A stretch of 64,000 nt of DNA. Source: Eubacteriales bacterium. GTDB lineage: Bacteria; Bacillota; Clostridia; Oscillospirales; CAG-272. Position 1 is the stretch's first letter. The number at the start of each line of letters is the position of its first letter. The stretch lies in contig JBMNUI010000001.1 of assembly GCA_050946195.1 (NCBI GenBank), positions 2,283-66,282 of the forward strand. Direction: 5' to 3'. The translations under genes and the position numbers were made by a program. Shown here in pieces: positions 46,280 to 56,244 of this stretch. The notes below the pieces were generated by a model. That model was not told where the DNA came from and made no database searches. It worked only from the letters and a program-made list of their open reading frames with translations.

Positions 46280-47644
46280 TTATCTAAGTATCGCTTTATC
46301 TTTCTGCAGGATACCGACCACTTCGCGGTAGTTGACATCCCTCGGGCTGATGCCCTTATGCACGGCGCAGGCTGCAAGCGTCCCGGCGCCCTGGCCGACT
46401 GCCATGCAGGTCGGCATCACCCGCATGGAGGCGAGCGATTCGTGGTCCATTGAGATGCACCTGCCCGAGAAAAGCAGCCCGTCTATGTCAGCGCTTATAA
46501 GCGAGCCGAGCGGTATCCCGTAGGGCTCAACAACCTCCTTCAGGACGGTTCCCTCCCCCTTGCCGCTGTGGATGTCGATTTTAAATCCGCCAAGGGCAAT
46601 AGTATTCTCGGGCTTGTAGCCCGCGAGCACCTGGTCCACGGTCAACTTTTCAATCCCGCGGAACCGCCGGGTCTCGCGCACGCCTATTGCCGGACTTATT
46701 GAGTCGAGAACCGCGTTTTCAAAACCAGGGAAATACTCGCGCAGGACCCGGAAAATGCCCTCGACCTGAAGCTGCGCCTTGACCTCGGCATCGGACAGGC
46801 TCTCGATATCTGAGCAGTCGCAGTTCGTGATACGCACAATGTTGAGAAATACCTTGCCGGGTATTGTGGAATTAATAATAATGATGTTCTCGCGTAAAAT
46901 CGGGCAGTCGGTTTTTTCCCTGATTTCGTCAAGATATGCCTTCATGCCGACCAAGACATAGGTGTCGGTCGAGCGCCAGAGCTTTGTGTCGTAACCTTCC
47001 CCCACGCTGACAGTATCAATCTGCTTTTGATTCTCGGGGTGCGCTTCAATGAAGCTCATGAGTTTTTCTTTGTCAAATCCGATGACCGAGAACATGAGCG
47101 TCGGCGGCTGCAGCATACGGTCAGCAGCGCTGCCCTTCTCGTATTGCGCCCCCGCAATATATGCAAGGTCGCCGTCACCGGTGGCGTCTATAAACACTTT
47201 GGCGCTTATCTCTACCTGGTCACCCTTGCCGGTCACAATCGCCTTCTGAATCCTGCCATCTTTAACAACAGCGCCGGTGACCTCGGTGTGGAAGAGCAGC
47301 CGCACCCCGGCCTCAAGGCACTTTTTGAGCGCAAGCAGCCTGAACCTGTCGGGGTGAATCAGCGTCACCGAATTGTGGAGCGGGCAGCGCACATGACCAA
47401 AAGAATCGCCGCTCGCCATGAGATCGTCGATAAACTCCTGGGCTATCCCGCCGATAATCTGCCGGCCATCCTGCGCAAGGTACCCGAGCAGCGGCAGGCC
47501 GGTTGCGGCGCAGCCGCCGAGGTGGCCGTTTCTCTCGCACAAAATCACACTTGCTCCGTGTCTTGCAGCGGCTAAAGCCGCCGGAATACCGCCCGGCCCC
47601 CCGCCAAGGACCGCGACGTCACAAGACAACTCCCCTTTTCCCAT
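46280..47644 (-). CDS. FAD-dependent oxidoreductase
   Basis: N-terminal Rossmann motif DVAVLGGGPGGIPAALAAARHGASVILCERNGHLGG. Start placed at ATG 47644, 10 nt after AGGAG (the ORF track begins at TTG 47653). Confidence 0.7.
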   Translation of the reverse strand: MGKGELSCDVAVLGGGPGGIPAALAAARHGASVILCERNGHLGGCAATGLPLLGYLAQDGRQIIGGIAQEFIDDLMASGDSFGHVRCPLHNSVTLIHPDRFRLLALKKCLEAGVRLLFHTEVTGAVVKDGRIQKAIVTGKGDQVEISAKVFIDATGDGDLAYIAGAQYEKGSAADRMLQPPTLMFSVIGFDKEKLMSFIEAHPENQKQIDTVSVGEGYDTKLWRSTDTYVLVGMKAYLDEIREKTDCPILRENIIIINSTIPGKVFLNIVRITNCDCSDIESLSDAEVKAQLQVEGIFRVLREYFPGFENAVLDSISPAIGVRETRRFRGIEKLTVDQVLAGYKPENTIALGGFKIDIHSGKGEGTVLKEVVEPYGIPLGSLISADIDGLLFSGRCISMDHESLASMRVMPTCMAVGQGAGTLAACAVHKGISPRDVNYREVVGILQKDKAILR

Positions 47645-47672
47645 ACCGGTCAAACTCCTTTATTCTTATAAT

Positions 47673-47707
47673 CGGATATACCCGGAAGCCGAGCTTCCGG
47701 CATATCC
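47673..47707 (-). other. Long hairpin in the 5' leader of the FAD oxidoreductase gene
   Basis: CGGATATACCCGGAAGC / GCTTCCGGCATATCCG, about 15 bp with one bulge, ending ~20 nt upstream of the SD. No U-tract. Confidence 0.4.
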
Positions 47708-47834
47708 GTGCCGCGGTTCAATGGGCAAACACGCCATTATTATAACACCATATTCGCCGATATGTCAATAATACCAAATGTTTTTTCTAATACGTCCGGA
47801 TTTGAGATAAAAAAGGAAATTTCGCCGGCCACTA

Positions 47835-47863
47835 TTGATTTTTTCTTTATGTATTGATATAAT
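47835..47863 (+). promoter_or_regulatory. Sigma-A-type promoter for the malic enzyme gene
   Basis: TTGATT (47835-47840), 17-bp spacer, TATAAT (47858-47863). Confidence 0.5.
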
Positions 47864-47900
47864 TTACACTGATTTTAAACCGATAAAAAAGGAGATAACC

Positions 47901-49076
47901 ATGAACTACGCCGAAGAATCGCTGAAAATGCACGCTCAATGGAAAGGCAAAATCGAGGTGGTAGCCAAAGTTCCGGTTTCGAGCAAACAGGACCTTTCGC
48001 TTGCATATACCCCCGGTGTTGCACAGCCTTGCCTTGAGATACAGAAGGATGTCAATAAAAGCTACGAGCTGACCCGCCGCTGGAATCTCTGTGCGGTTAT
48101 AACCGACGGAAGCGCGGTGCTGGGTCTGGGCGACATCGGACCCGAGGCCGGAATGCCGGTTATGGAGGGCAAATGCGTGCTCTTCAAGGCCTTTGGCGAC
48201 GTCGATGCCATCCCGCTCTGTATCAAGTCCAAAGATGTTGACACGATAGTCGAAACAATTTACCTGCTCTCAGGCTCCTTCGGCGGCATCAATCTTGAGG
48301 ATATCGCAGCTCCCCGTTGCTTTGAAATCGAGCGCAAGCTGAAAGAGAAGTGCGACATTCCGATCTTCCACGACGACCAGCACGGCACCGCAGTCATCAC
48401 TCTTGCCGGGCTTGTTAACGCCCTGAAGGTCGTAAACAAGAAGAAGGACGAGGTCAAAGTTGTAATTAACGGCGCAGGCGCCGCGGCCATCTCAATTGCC
48501 AAGCTGCTGCTCGCCGACGGATTTGGTGATATCATCCTGTGCGACAGGAAGGGCGCAATCTATGCCGGGCGCACAGAGGGTATGAACTGGATTAAAGAAG
48601 AAATGGCCCAGGTGACAAACCTCTCGGGCAAACGCGGCTCGCTTGCCGATATACTGGTTGGCGCCGACGTGTTTATCGGCGTCAGCGGCCCGGGCGTGGT
48701 GACTACAGATATGGTCAAGACCATGAACCGTGACGCAATTGTATTTGCCTGCGCCAACCCGGTTCCAGAGATCTTCCCCGATGACGCCAAGGCCGGCGGA
48801 GCAAGAGTCGTGGCAACCGGCCGCTCCGACTACCCGAACCAGATAAACAACGTGCTCGCCTTCCCCGGCATCTTCAGGGGAGCCTTTGACGTGCGGGCCT
48901 CGGATATCAACGACGAGATGAAGCTGGCTGCCGCGTACGCGCTCGCCGGGCTCATCTCCGACGAAGAGTTGAACGAGAATTATATCATCCCTGCCGCATT
49001 CGACAAGCGCGTCGGTCCCGCGGTCGCCAAGGCAGTCGCCGAAGCTGCCCGGAAATCCGGCGTGGCAAGGATATAA
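47901..49076 (+). CDS. NAD(P)-dependent malic enzyme (short, ~390-aa form)
   Basis: [26 protein letters not shown] and [14 protein letters not shown]. Start at ATG 47901 after SD GGAG. Confidence 0.9.
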   Translation: MNYAEESLKMHAQWKGKIEVVAKVPVSSKQDLSLAYTPGVAQPCLEIQKDVNKSYELTRRWNLCAVITDGSAVLGLGDIGPEAGMPVMEGKCVLFKAFGDVDAIPLCIKSKDVDTIVETIYLLSGSFGGINLEDIAAPRCFEIERKLKEKCDIPIFHDDQHGTAVITLAGLVNALKVVNKKKDEVKVVINGAGAAAISIAKLLLADGFGDIILCDRKGAIYAGRTEGMNWIKEEMAQVTNLSGKRGSLADILVGADVFIGVSGPGVVTTDMVKTMNRDAIVFACANPVPEIFPDDAKAGGARVVATGRSDYPNQINNVLAFPGIFRGAFDVRASDINDEMKLAAAYALAGLISDEELNENYIIPAAFDKRVGPAVAKAVAEAARKSGVARI

Positions 49077-49084
49077 AGATTTTC

Positions 49085-49165
49085 GAAGCGTTGCCCCACA
49101 CTCCGCTTAAGGAGCTTTTTGAAAAAAGTTCCTTAAGAATACTCAAAACTTTTAATCTAAATACA
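49085..49165 (-). repeat. Copy F of the repeat family (near-perfect module-1 palindrome, degenerate unit, inverted orientation)
   Basis: CTTAAGGAGCTTTTTGAAAAAAGTTCCTTAAG followed by AATACTCAAAACTTTT. It begins about 8 nt after the malic enzyme stop codon (49074-49076). Confidence 0.75.
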
Positions 49166-49169
49166 ACCA

Positions 49170-49198
49170 AGCGCGGGTCCTACATCCCGCGCTTTTTA
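49170..49198 (+). terminator. Rho-independent terminator
   Basis: AGCGCGGG (49170-49177) / CCCGCGCT (49186-49193) followed by TTTTT. Confidence 0.7.
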
Positions 49199-49294
49199 GT
49201 TGTTAGATATTATATACTATTAGTGAATGCAGGGAATTTGAGAGGTAGGCGTACTTGGTAGGTGCTTTGTGCGATATAGAAATGAACAAGATCA

Positions 49295-49330
49295 ATAGAA
49301 ACGAGACCTGTCATCATAACAGGTCTCGTT
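49295..49330 (-). terminator. Terminator after the tRNA pair
   Basis: 12-bp stem AACGAGACCTGT / ACAGGTCTCGTT, followed on the minus strand by TCTATTGAT (U-rich but interrupted tract). Confidence 0.6.
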
Positions 49331-49331
49331 A

Positions 49332-49407
49332 TGGTGGAGCATAGGGGACTTGAACCCCTGACCCCAACACTGCCAGTGTTGTGCGCTCCCAACTGCGCTA
49401 ATGCCCC
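49332..49407 (-). tRNA. tRNA-Ala (anticodon GGC)
   Basis: The reverse complement GGGGCATTAGCGCAGTTGGGAGCGCACAACACTGGCAGTGTTGGGGTCAGGGGTTCAAGTCCCCTATGCTCCACCA folds as a cloverleaf with a G3-U70 identity pair, anticodon loop CTGGCAG and an encoded CCA. Confidence 0.95.
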
Positions 49408-49463
49408 GGGAATATTTTGCCGGAAGCCCGGCTTTTTTGTTGCACACCGCCCGATATTCGGGC

Positions 49464-49540
49464 TGGTGGAGACAGCAGGGCTCGAACCTGCGACCTCACG
49501 GATGTGAACCGTGCGCTCTGACCAACTGAGCTATGCCTCC
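49464..49540 (-). tRNA. tRNA-Val (anticodon CAC)
   Basis: The reverse complement GGAGGCATAGCTCAGTTGGTCAGAGCGCACGGTTCACATCCGTGAGGTCGCAGGTTCGAGCCCTGCTGTCTCCACCA folds as a cloverleaf with anticodon loop TTCACAT and an encoded CCA. Confidence 0.95.
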
Positions 49541-49643
49541 TCAACGCCGCCATTATACCATATTGGCGGCGAAAATGCAATAGTAAATTTAAATTTCCGG
49601 CAAAAATCGCTTTATTTTTAAAGAATCTTTTGCTATACCGCGC

Positions 49644-52600
49644 TTACGCGAAACTGAAGGTGAGCTGGTCGGTTTCGTCAAGCCCGTCGAGCACGCCGTT
49701 ATTGCGTAGAATCTCAATCACGCTTTTGTTGAGCCCCGCGCGTACCCTCAGGTCCTCAACCGAGGAGAAGGGCTGTTTATTCCTCTCGTCAACTATGTTC
49801 TGCGCGGCGGCCCCGCCCAGCCCGCTCAACGAGCAGAAAGGTAGCCTGATAGCCCCGTTCTCGGGCAGAAAAGCGTAGGCGTCGGACTTGTTCAGGTCAA
49901 CCTTAAGGAACCTGATTCTGCGCGCATAGCATTCGTTGATAAGCTGCAGCACCGGAACCATTCCCTGCTCTTTCGGCGAGGCATCCTTGCCGCGGTTTTC
50001 AATGTCCCGCAGAGTCTCGGCAACGGCCCTTTTTCCCTTCATGACCAGCTCGGCGTCAAATCCGGTCGGGGCAACCGTAAACATGGTGCAGTAAAATTCA
50101 AGCGGCCGGTGAACCTTGAACCACCCGAGCCGGATTGCCGACATGACATATGCGGCGGCGTGCGCCTTTGGAAACATATACCTGATTTTCCAGAGTGAAT
50201 CGATATACCATTCTGGAACATTGTGCTCACGCATAAGGCGAACCATGTCCTCGCCGAGCGGCTTGCCGCGCTTGTTTTTCCGTACAAATTCCATGATGTT
50301 GAATGCGTCCTGGCTCTCAAGGCCGTAGCGCATCAGCGTGAGCATGATGCCGTCGCGTGTTCCTACAACCTGCGAAATGTCGCAGATATTGTTCTTGATA
50401 AGCTCCTGCGCGTTCCCGAGCCAGACGTTGGTACCGTGAGTAAGTCCTGATATCTGAATAAGGTCGGCAAAGTTTTTAGGCTTGGCGTCGAGCAGCACCT
50501 GCTGGATGAACCGCGTGCCCATCTCGGGCAGCCCGAAGGTGCCGAGCTTGCAATCGATATCATCGGGGCTGACACCGAGCGATTTGGTTGAGAGAAATAG
50601 TTCGTAGACCGCAGGGTCGTTCATCGGGACATCCGCAATTTTAATTCCGGTCAGATGTTCGAGCCACCAGTATTTTGTGGGAATATCGTGCCCGAGCGCA
50701 TCGATTTTCAGGACGGTCTCATGCAGATATGTAAAGGCAAAGTGGGTGGTAATAATGTCTGATTTCGGATCGTCTGCCGGCCGCTGAACCGGTGTGAAGT
50801 CATACACATCAAACTGGCGGGGGATGACTATCAGCCCGCCGGGGTGCTGGCCGGTCGTGCGCTTTATTCCGACACAGTTCATCACAAGCCGATTAAGTTC
50901 GGCCCTCGGCAGCGATATTTCTTTTGATTCGAGATATTTTTTTACAAACCCGTAAGCGGTTTTGTCGCCAAGAGTGCCGATTGTCCCGGCCCGAAATACG
51001 TTGTCGGCGCCGAAGAGCTCTTCGGTGTATTTATGTACCTTTCCCTGAACCTCGCCGGAAAAATTAAGGTCTATATCCGGGAACTTGTCGCCGTGGAATC
51101 CGAGGAAGGTTTCAAACGGGATGTCCTGTCCGTCGATATTCATCTTGTGCGAGCAGACCGGGCAGAGTTTTTCAGGCAGGTCGAAGCCCGAGCCCACCGA
51201 GCCGTCGGTGATAAACTCGCTGTGGCGGCAGCCCGGGCACCAGTAATGCGGGGGCAGCGGGTTGACCTCGGATATCCCGGCCATGGTAGCCACAAACGAG
51301 GAGCCGACCGAGCCGCGCGAGCCGACGAGGTACCCCTCGTCCTCACTGAACTTCACCAGCCGCTGGGCAATAATGTAAAGCACCGCAAAGCCGTGCTTGA
51401 TGATAGCATTCAGCTCCTTTTCAAGTCGTGCGGCCACAATCGGCGGCAGCTCGTCGCCGTACATGCTCCGGGCCCGCTCATAGCAGATCCGCTGCAACTC
51501 TTCCTCGGCGCCCTCCATGCTCGGGGTGTAGAAGCCCTCGGGAATCGGGCGGACATCCTCAATCATATCGGCGATTTTGTTTGTGTTCTTTACCACAACC
51601 TCATATGCCGCCTCATCGCCGAGATAAGAAAATTCCTTGAGCAACTCTTCGGTCGTGCGCAGATAAATCCGGGACTCGCGTTCGGCGTCCCTGAATTTCA
51701 TGCCTGAGAGCAAGATTTTTCGGAAAATCTCCTCGTCCGCGTTTAGAAAGTGCGCGTCGCTGGTCGCCACCACGAGCTTGCCGAGCTTTTTTCCGAGGTT
51801 GTAGATTTTCCGGTTGATCTCCCTTATGGCATCCTCGTCGCGCAGCACTTCTTCTTCTATCAAAAACCGGCTGTTTGATACCGGCTGGATTTCAAGATAA
51901 TCGTAAAACGCGGCGATTTTTTCAATCTCGGCATCCGGCTTGTTTTCAAGAATTGCCGAAAACAGCTCGCCTGAGCTGCAAGCCGAGCCGACAATCAGCC
52001 CCTCGCGGTATTTTTCAAGCAGGGTTTTCGGGATTCTCGGAGTCCGGTAAAAGTAATTCAGATAGCTCTCGGATATTATCCGGTAGAGGTTTTTCAGTCC
52101 GGTCTGATTTTTGACAAGGATAACCTGGTGATAAGTTTTAAGCCTTAAGGGGTCGGAATTCTCGCTCATCTCGCGGACAAGCTCAACAAAGCTGTAAATG
52201 CCGAGCGAGCGCATTTTCTCTGTCATGCAGAGAAAGATATGGGCCAGAATCTCGGCGTCCTCATGCGCTCTGTGATGTCTGAAATTGCCCAGCCCGAAGT
52301 AATCTGCCAGGGTGTCGAGCCGATGATTTTTCAGGTCCGTGTTTATGTATCGAGAGAGCGCAAGCGTGTCAAGATAGGAGTTGTCAAATGGTATTCCGGC
52401 GCGCTCGCAGGCAATTCTGATAAAACCAACGTCAAAGTCGGCGTTGTGCGCGACCAGCATCCGGCCCCCGGCAAACTCAAGAAATGCACTCACCGCCTCT
52501 GTCTGGGACGGTGCGCCGGCGACCATAGAGTCGTCAATCCCGGTCAGCCGGGTAATTTCATTTGATATCGGCTCCTCGGGGTCGACAAAGGTGTGAAACC

Positions 52601-54056
52601 TGTCGCCGATTTTGCCGCCCGAGACCAGCACGGCGCCGATCTCAATAATCTTGCAGCTTTGAGCCGACAGTCCGGTTGACTCGATATCAAAGACAACAAA
52701 TTCTCCGTCAAATTCGGGCGCCTGTCCGAATACCGCGCTCGGAGTGTCGTTGACAAAATAGCCCTCGACGCCGTAGATCGGCTTTACACCCTGCTCCTTT
52801 GCGGCGAGCATGATTTCGGGGTAGGCCTGCAGGGTGGCGTGGTCGGTGACGGCTATAGCCTTGTAACCCCACTTCTTGGCGGTCTTAGTCAGGTCCTGCG
52901 GCGATATCAGCGCGTCCATTGTCGACATCGAGGTGTGTACATGCAGCTCGACACGCTTGTTTATGGCAGTATCGGTGCGCTCGATGCGCTTTATTTTAGC
53001 GGCATGGCTGAAGGACATATACAGCTCCTCCCCCGCCCCGCCGCCGCGGCGCCGCTCGCGCTTTACCGAGCCGTAGAGGGCAAGTGTGGCGCCGTCGCTT
53101 ACAAAGGCCGAGATTTCGTCGGCCTCGTCGGGCTCGAGGCCAAAGCAACGGACGTCTATTGAGGAATTGTAATCTGTAATTGAAAAGGATATGTTTACTT
53201 TGTCGCCCGACCTTATTTCGGTTTTCTCAAAGCCGAAAACATCGCCGGCAATAAGGACCTTCTTCACCGGCGAGGTGATTTCGGCGATTCTGGTCGGCGT
53301 GACCTCGAATTCCCCGCCATACACGAATTCCGGGTTTGTGATGTCGAATTTTCTGCAACCCGAATTGTAAATTCCTCTTACCTGTTCAATTTCAACCTCG
53401 GGATAGAGCGTCGTTACACGCCGGAAGGAAGGCTGCTTGTCACTATCAGTCCCGTCGCGTTCATTGTCCCGCGAAAAGCCGTTGCGCGACTGGTATTCCT
53501 CATATTTCCTGTCGGCATAATAAAGCTCGCGGTCAATTTCCTCAAGCTTTTGGCGTATGCTCTCTGAATAGTCCCCCCCGCCCGAATTAACAAGTCTGAC
53601 CTTTACCCCGACGCCGAACTCCCGCCTGATAATTTCTCCGATAATCCGCGGTGTTTCGTAGTCTTCAAGCAGATCAATTCCGGCCGGTGGTGTTTCAATG
53701 TCGACAATTAACTCCTCGCCGTCGAAGCTGTAGTTGTAATCAGAAAAGAAACCGCGTGCCACAGTGCCTGTGCGCTCGGCTTCCTTCAGTATTTCGGGTA
53801 TATAATCTTCGGTCAGCAGCCCGGCCGGGTACTTCGGAATAATTCTCACACCCCGCATCCGGTAGGTTGACATGAGCTGTGTTTCAACCGCATAGAGCAG
53901 TGATTTTGGAATAATTTCATCAAAATCAAGCTCAACCTCAAGCAGACGCCGCTCGCGGTCGCATCTGACCGCACACCCGCCGGCTTTCTTCAAGCATCCA
54001 AAAGCCGCGTCGTCCGGCTCATATTTTGTAAATATATCAAAAAAGGTTCTTGGCAT
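49644..54056 (-). CDS. polC: DNA polymerase III, PolC type
   Basis: 1470 aa. PHP domain HVHTSMSTMD, inserted 3'-5' exonuclease FVVFDIESTGL...HRAHEDA, polymerase core and C-terminal HhH region. Confidence 0.97.
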   Translation of the reverse strand: MPRTFFDIFTKYEPDDAAFGCLKKAGGCAVRCDRERRLLEVELDFDEIIPKSLLYAVETQLMSTYRMRGVRIIPKYPAGLLTEDYIPEILKEAERTGTVARGFFSDYNYSFDGEELIVDIETPPAGIDLLEDYETPRIIGEIIRREFGVGVKVRLVNSGGGDYSESIRQKLEEIDRELYYADRKYEEYQSRNGFSRDNERDGTDSDKQPSFRRVTTLYPEVEIEQVRGIYNSGCRKFDITNPEFVYGGEFEVTPTRIAEITSPVKKVLIAGDVFGFEKTEIRSGDKVNISFSITDYNSSIDVRCFGLEPDEADEISAFVSDGATLALYGSVKRERRRGGGAGEELYMSFSHAAKIKRIERTDTAINKRVELHVHTSMSTMDALISPQDLTKTAKKWGYKAIAVTDHATLQAYPEIMLAAKEQGVKPIYGVEGYFVNDTPSAVFGQAPEFDGEFVVFDIESTGLSAQSCKIIEIGAVLVSGGKIGDRFHTFVDPEEPISNEITRLTGIDDSMVAGAPSQTEAVSAFLEFAGGRMLVAHNADFDVGFIRIACERAGIPFDNSYLDTLALSRYINTDLKNHRLDTLADYFGLGNFRHHRAHEDAEILAHIFLCMTEKMRSLGIYSFVELVREMSENSDPLRLKTYHQVILVKNQTGLKNLYRIISESYLNYFYRTPRIPKTLLEKYREGLIVGSACSSGELFSAILENKPDAEIEKIAAFYDYLEIQPVSNSRFLIEEEVLRDEDAIREINRKIYNLGKKLGKLVVATSDAHFLNADEEIFRKILLSGMKFRDAERESRIYLRTTEELLKEFSYLGDEAAYEVVVKNTNKIADMIEDVRPIPEGFYTPSMEGAEEELQRICYERARSMYGDELPPIVAARLEKELNAIIKHGFAVLYIIAQRLVKFSEDEGYLVGSRGSVGSSFVATMAGISEVNPLPPHYWCPGCRHSEFITDGSVGSGFDLPEKLCPVCSHKMNIDGQDIPFETFLGFHGDKFPDIDLNFSGEVQGKVHKYTEELFGADNVFRAGTIGTLGDKTAYGFVKKYLESKEISLPRAELNRLVMNCVGIKRTTGQHPGGLIVIPRQFDVYDFTPVQRPADDPKSDIITTHFAFTYLHETVLKIDALGHDIPTKYWWLEHLTGIKIADVPMNDPAVYELFLSTKSLGVSPDDIDCKLGTFGLPEMGTRFIQQVLLDAKPKNFADLIQISGLTHGTNVWLGNAQELIKNNICDISQVVGTRDGIMLTLMRYGLESQDAFNIMEFVRKNKRGKPLGEDMVRLMREHNVPEWYIDSLWKIRYMFPKAHAAAYVMSAIRLGWFKVHRPLEFYCTMFTVAPTGFDAELVMKGKRAVAETLRDIENRGKDASPKEQGMVPVLQLINECYARRIRFLKVDLNKSDAYAFLPENGAIRLPFCSLSGLGGAAAQNIVDERNKQPFSSVEDLRVRAGLNKSVIEILRNNGVLDGLDETDQLTFSFA

Positions 54057-54058
54057 TT

Positions 54059-55141
54059 TTATTTTGTGATGTCCTTAATTTCTTTTATCAGCGTGTTGAT
54101 GATTTCTTCTTCCTTGACTTTCCCGACTATTCTGCCGCGCTTGAACAGCAGCGCCTCGCCGACCCCGCCGGCAACCCCGATGTCGGCCTCTCTTGCCTCG
54201 CCCGGGCCGTTTACCGCACAGCCCATGAGCGCCACGGTCAGGGGCTTGTCCAGCAGCCCCTCGCGCCGGGCCGCGGCTTCAAATTCCCGGTGGAGCCTGA
54301 TTAAATCAACAGAGGTCCGGCTGCAGGTGGGGCAGCTTATGATATTAAGCCCTCGCTGGCCTTCGATACCGAGGGCTGTCAGCAGTTCGCGCGCCGCGCT
54401 CACCTCATTCAAAGGGTCGTCGGTCAGCGAGATTCTTATAGTGTCGCCGATTCCGCGGCAGAGCAGCGCTCCGATTCCCACCGCACTCTTGACAAGCCCT
54501 ATCCTGCCGGCGCCGGCCTCGGTCACCCCGAGGTGAAGAGGGTAGGCCGACCTCTCGAAGAGCAGGACGTTTGCGTCAATCATGGTCTTGACGTCCGAGG
54601 ATTTGATTGACACCACAATGTCAAAAAAGTCAAATCTCTCAAGCAGGGCAATATTCCGCAGCGCCGACTCGCAGAGCGCCCCGGCACTCGGCGCGCCGTA
54701 CTTATTTAAAATCTCCCGCTCAAGTGAGCCGCTGTTGACCCCGATTCTTATCGGTATGCCCCGCGCCCGGCAGGCACGGCAGACCTCCCTGAGAGCTTCT
54801 TCGCCGCCGATGTTCCCGGGGTTTATTCTGATTTTATCGGCGCCCCGCTCGGCCGCAAGTATGGCGAGCCGGTGGTCGTAGTGTATATCGGCGACAAGGG
54901 GGGTGGCGATTCCCTTCTCCTTCAGGTACCCGATTGTCCGGGCGGCCTCGGCGCTCGGTACAGAGACGCGGATAATGTCGCACCCGGCCTCCTCAAGCGC
55001 CCCGACCTGCCGCAGTGTGGCCTCGCGGTCCTCGGTTTTGGTGTTAGTCATCGACTGTATGGCGATTTTATTTCCTTCGCCGATTGTGACCCGCCCGATT
55101 TTGACTTCTCTTTTCGGGGCTCTTATCTCGTTGTATACCAT
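54059..55141 (-). CDS. ispG: 4-hydroxy-3-methylbut-2-en-1-yl diphosphate synthase
   Basis: 360 aa with TIM-barrel plus 4Fe-4S domain (ISCPTCSRT...GCAVNGPGEA). Confidence 0.95.
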   Translation of the reverse strand: MVYNEIRAPKREVKIGRVTIGEGNKIAIQSMTNTKTEDREATLRQVGALEEAGCDIIRVSVPSAEAARTIGYLKEKGIATPLVADIHYDHRLAILAAERGADKIRINPGNIGGEEALREVCRACRARGIPIRIGVNSGSLEREILNKYGAPSAGALCESALRNIALLERFDFFDIVVSIKSSDVKTMIDANVLLFERSAYPLHLGVTEAGAGRIGLVKSAVGIGALLCRGIGDTIRISLTDDPLNEVSAARELLTALGIEGQRGLNIISCPTCSRTSVDLIRLHREFEAAARREGLLDKPLTVALMGCAVNGPGEAREADIGVAGGVGEALLFKRGRIVGKVKEEEIINTLIKEIKDITK

Positions 55142-56244
55142 TGCCTTATAATGCTCCGAACGTCCTTCATGGTTATGATAATCATCAGAGTAAAGAGCAG
55201 TATTATCCCGATGAAGTGAATATATGCCTCGATGTTCTTGTTTACCGGCTTGCCGCGAACCGCCTCGACAATCAGAAAGACCAGCCTCCCCCCGTCAAGC
55301 GCCGGGAGCGGAAGCAGATTTACTACGCCAAGGTTTATGCTTATCATGGCACAGATAAAGAGCAGGTTTGTAACCCCGGTTCTGGCAGCGTCCTCAATTT
55401 CTTTGGTTATTCCCACCGGCCCCGAGACCATCTCAAAGCCGTATCTGCCGCCGATAAGGCCGAGGAGCGAGTCCCAGACCATCTTTATTGTGAATATCGA
55501 GCGATACCAGGTGTGCTTGATAACCGAGCCGAAGGTCTTTGCTTCGCCATAGACATAAAAATCAAGGTCGCCGAAGGCGGTGTTTGCCTCGGTAAATCCG
55601 GGGAAAAGGACATCTCGGAGCATAATCTTCTCGCCCTGGCGGATTACAGTCAGGTCCACCGGCCGACTTCCCTGATTCATAATTTCATAGGCCAGATCAT
55701 AGCCGGTGTGCACCCTTACTTTGCCGACCCTGACAATCCTGTCGCCGACCATAAGCCCCGACTCGGAGCTCATCGCACCGTCTTTGAACTGCGCGACGAC
55801 ATTTGAGGAAAGCTGCGGCGTGGACGAGAGCACAATTATAAACATAATCAGAAAGCCGAGAAGCAGGTTCATGAGTGCCCCCGAGACAATGATAAGCATG
55901 CGACGCGGGACGCTGATTTTGTCGAAGGCATCCTCGGCGTCGCTCTCCTCGTCCTCGCCTACCATGCTGACAGAGCCGCCTATCGGCAGAAGGCGCAGCG
56001 AATACCTGATATTGTTTTTCTTCGAGGTCCTTGACAGTATTCTCGGCCCCATGCCTATCGAGAATTCCTTGACCCCGACGCCGCAGAGCCGGGCGGTGGT
56101 ATAGTGGCCGAGCTCGTGAACGAGTATCATGACCCCGAAAATAAAAAGTGCCAAAAGTATATACAGCGCGGTAATAACTTTATCCTCCTTTTGACCTGTC
56201 GAGTATGCGCCCGGCGTACTCGCGCGCGAGCCTGTCAAATTCAA
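55123..56244 (-). CDS. rseP: RIP metalloprotease RseP/RasP (site-2 protease, M50)
   Basis: HELGHY motif, PDZ domain and C-terminal NLLPLPALDGG. The start is uncertain. TTG 56244 (SD GAGGA, 65-nt overlap with dxr) is one option. The other is a start near 56175-56178, directly after the dxr stop, where SD AAAGGAGG is followed only by GTT ATT. Confidence 0.85.
   Translation of the reverse strand: MNLTGSRASTPGAYSTGQKEDKVITALYILLALFIFGVMILVHELGHYTTARLCGVGVKEFSIGMGPRILSRTSKKNNIRYSLRLLPIGGSVSMVGEDEESDAEDAFDKISVPRRMLIIVSGALMNLLLGFLIMFIIVLSSTPQLSSNVVAQFKDGAMSSESGLMVGDRIVRVGKVRVHTGYDLAYEIMNQGSRPVDLTVIRQGEKIMLRDVLFPGFTEANTAFGDLDFYVYGEAKTFGSVIKHTWYRSIFTIKMVWDSLLGLIGGRYGFEMVSGPVGITKEIEDAARTGVTNLLFICAMISINLGVVNLLPLPALDGGRLVFLIVEAVRGKPVNKNIEAYIHFIGIILLFTLMIIITMKDVRSIIRQWYTTR

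Noticed and set aside
49200-49640. tRNA-Ala/tRNA-Val locus as a possible integration site for a mobile element or island
   Set aside because: There is no integrase, no direct repeat of a tRNA 3' end, and no compositional island on either side. The flanking genes are malic enzyme and polC.
55141-55806. 221-aa plus-strand ORF antisense to rseP; similar ORFs 51033-51707 in polC and 62433-63077 in tsf
   Set aside because: They lie inside conserved housekeeping genes on the other strand and have no motifs or translation signals.
56173-56244. Apparent lack of a canonical start codon for rseP after the strong SD AAAGGAGG (only GTT ATT follow)
   Set aside because: It is not reported as an anomaly because an in-frame TTG at 56244 with its own SD (GAGGA, 5-nt spacing) offers a conventional alternative, at the cost of a 65-nt overlap with dxr. 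The start is simply uncertain.
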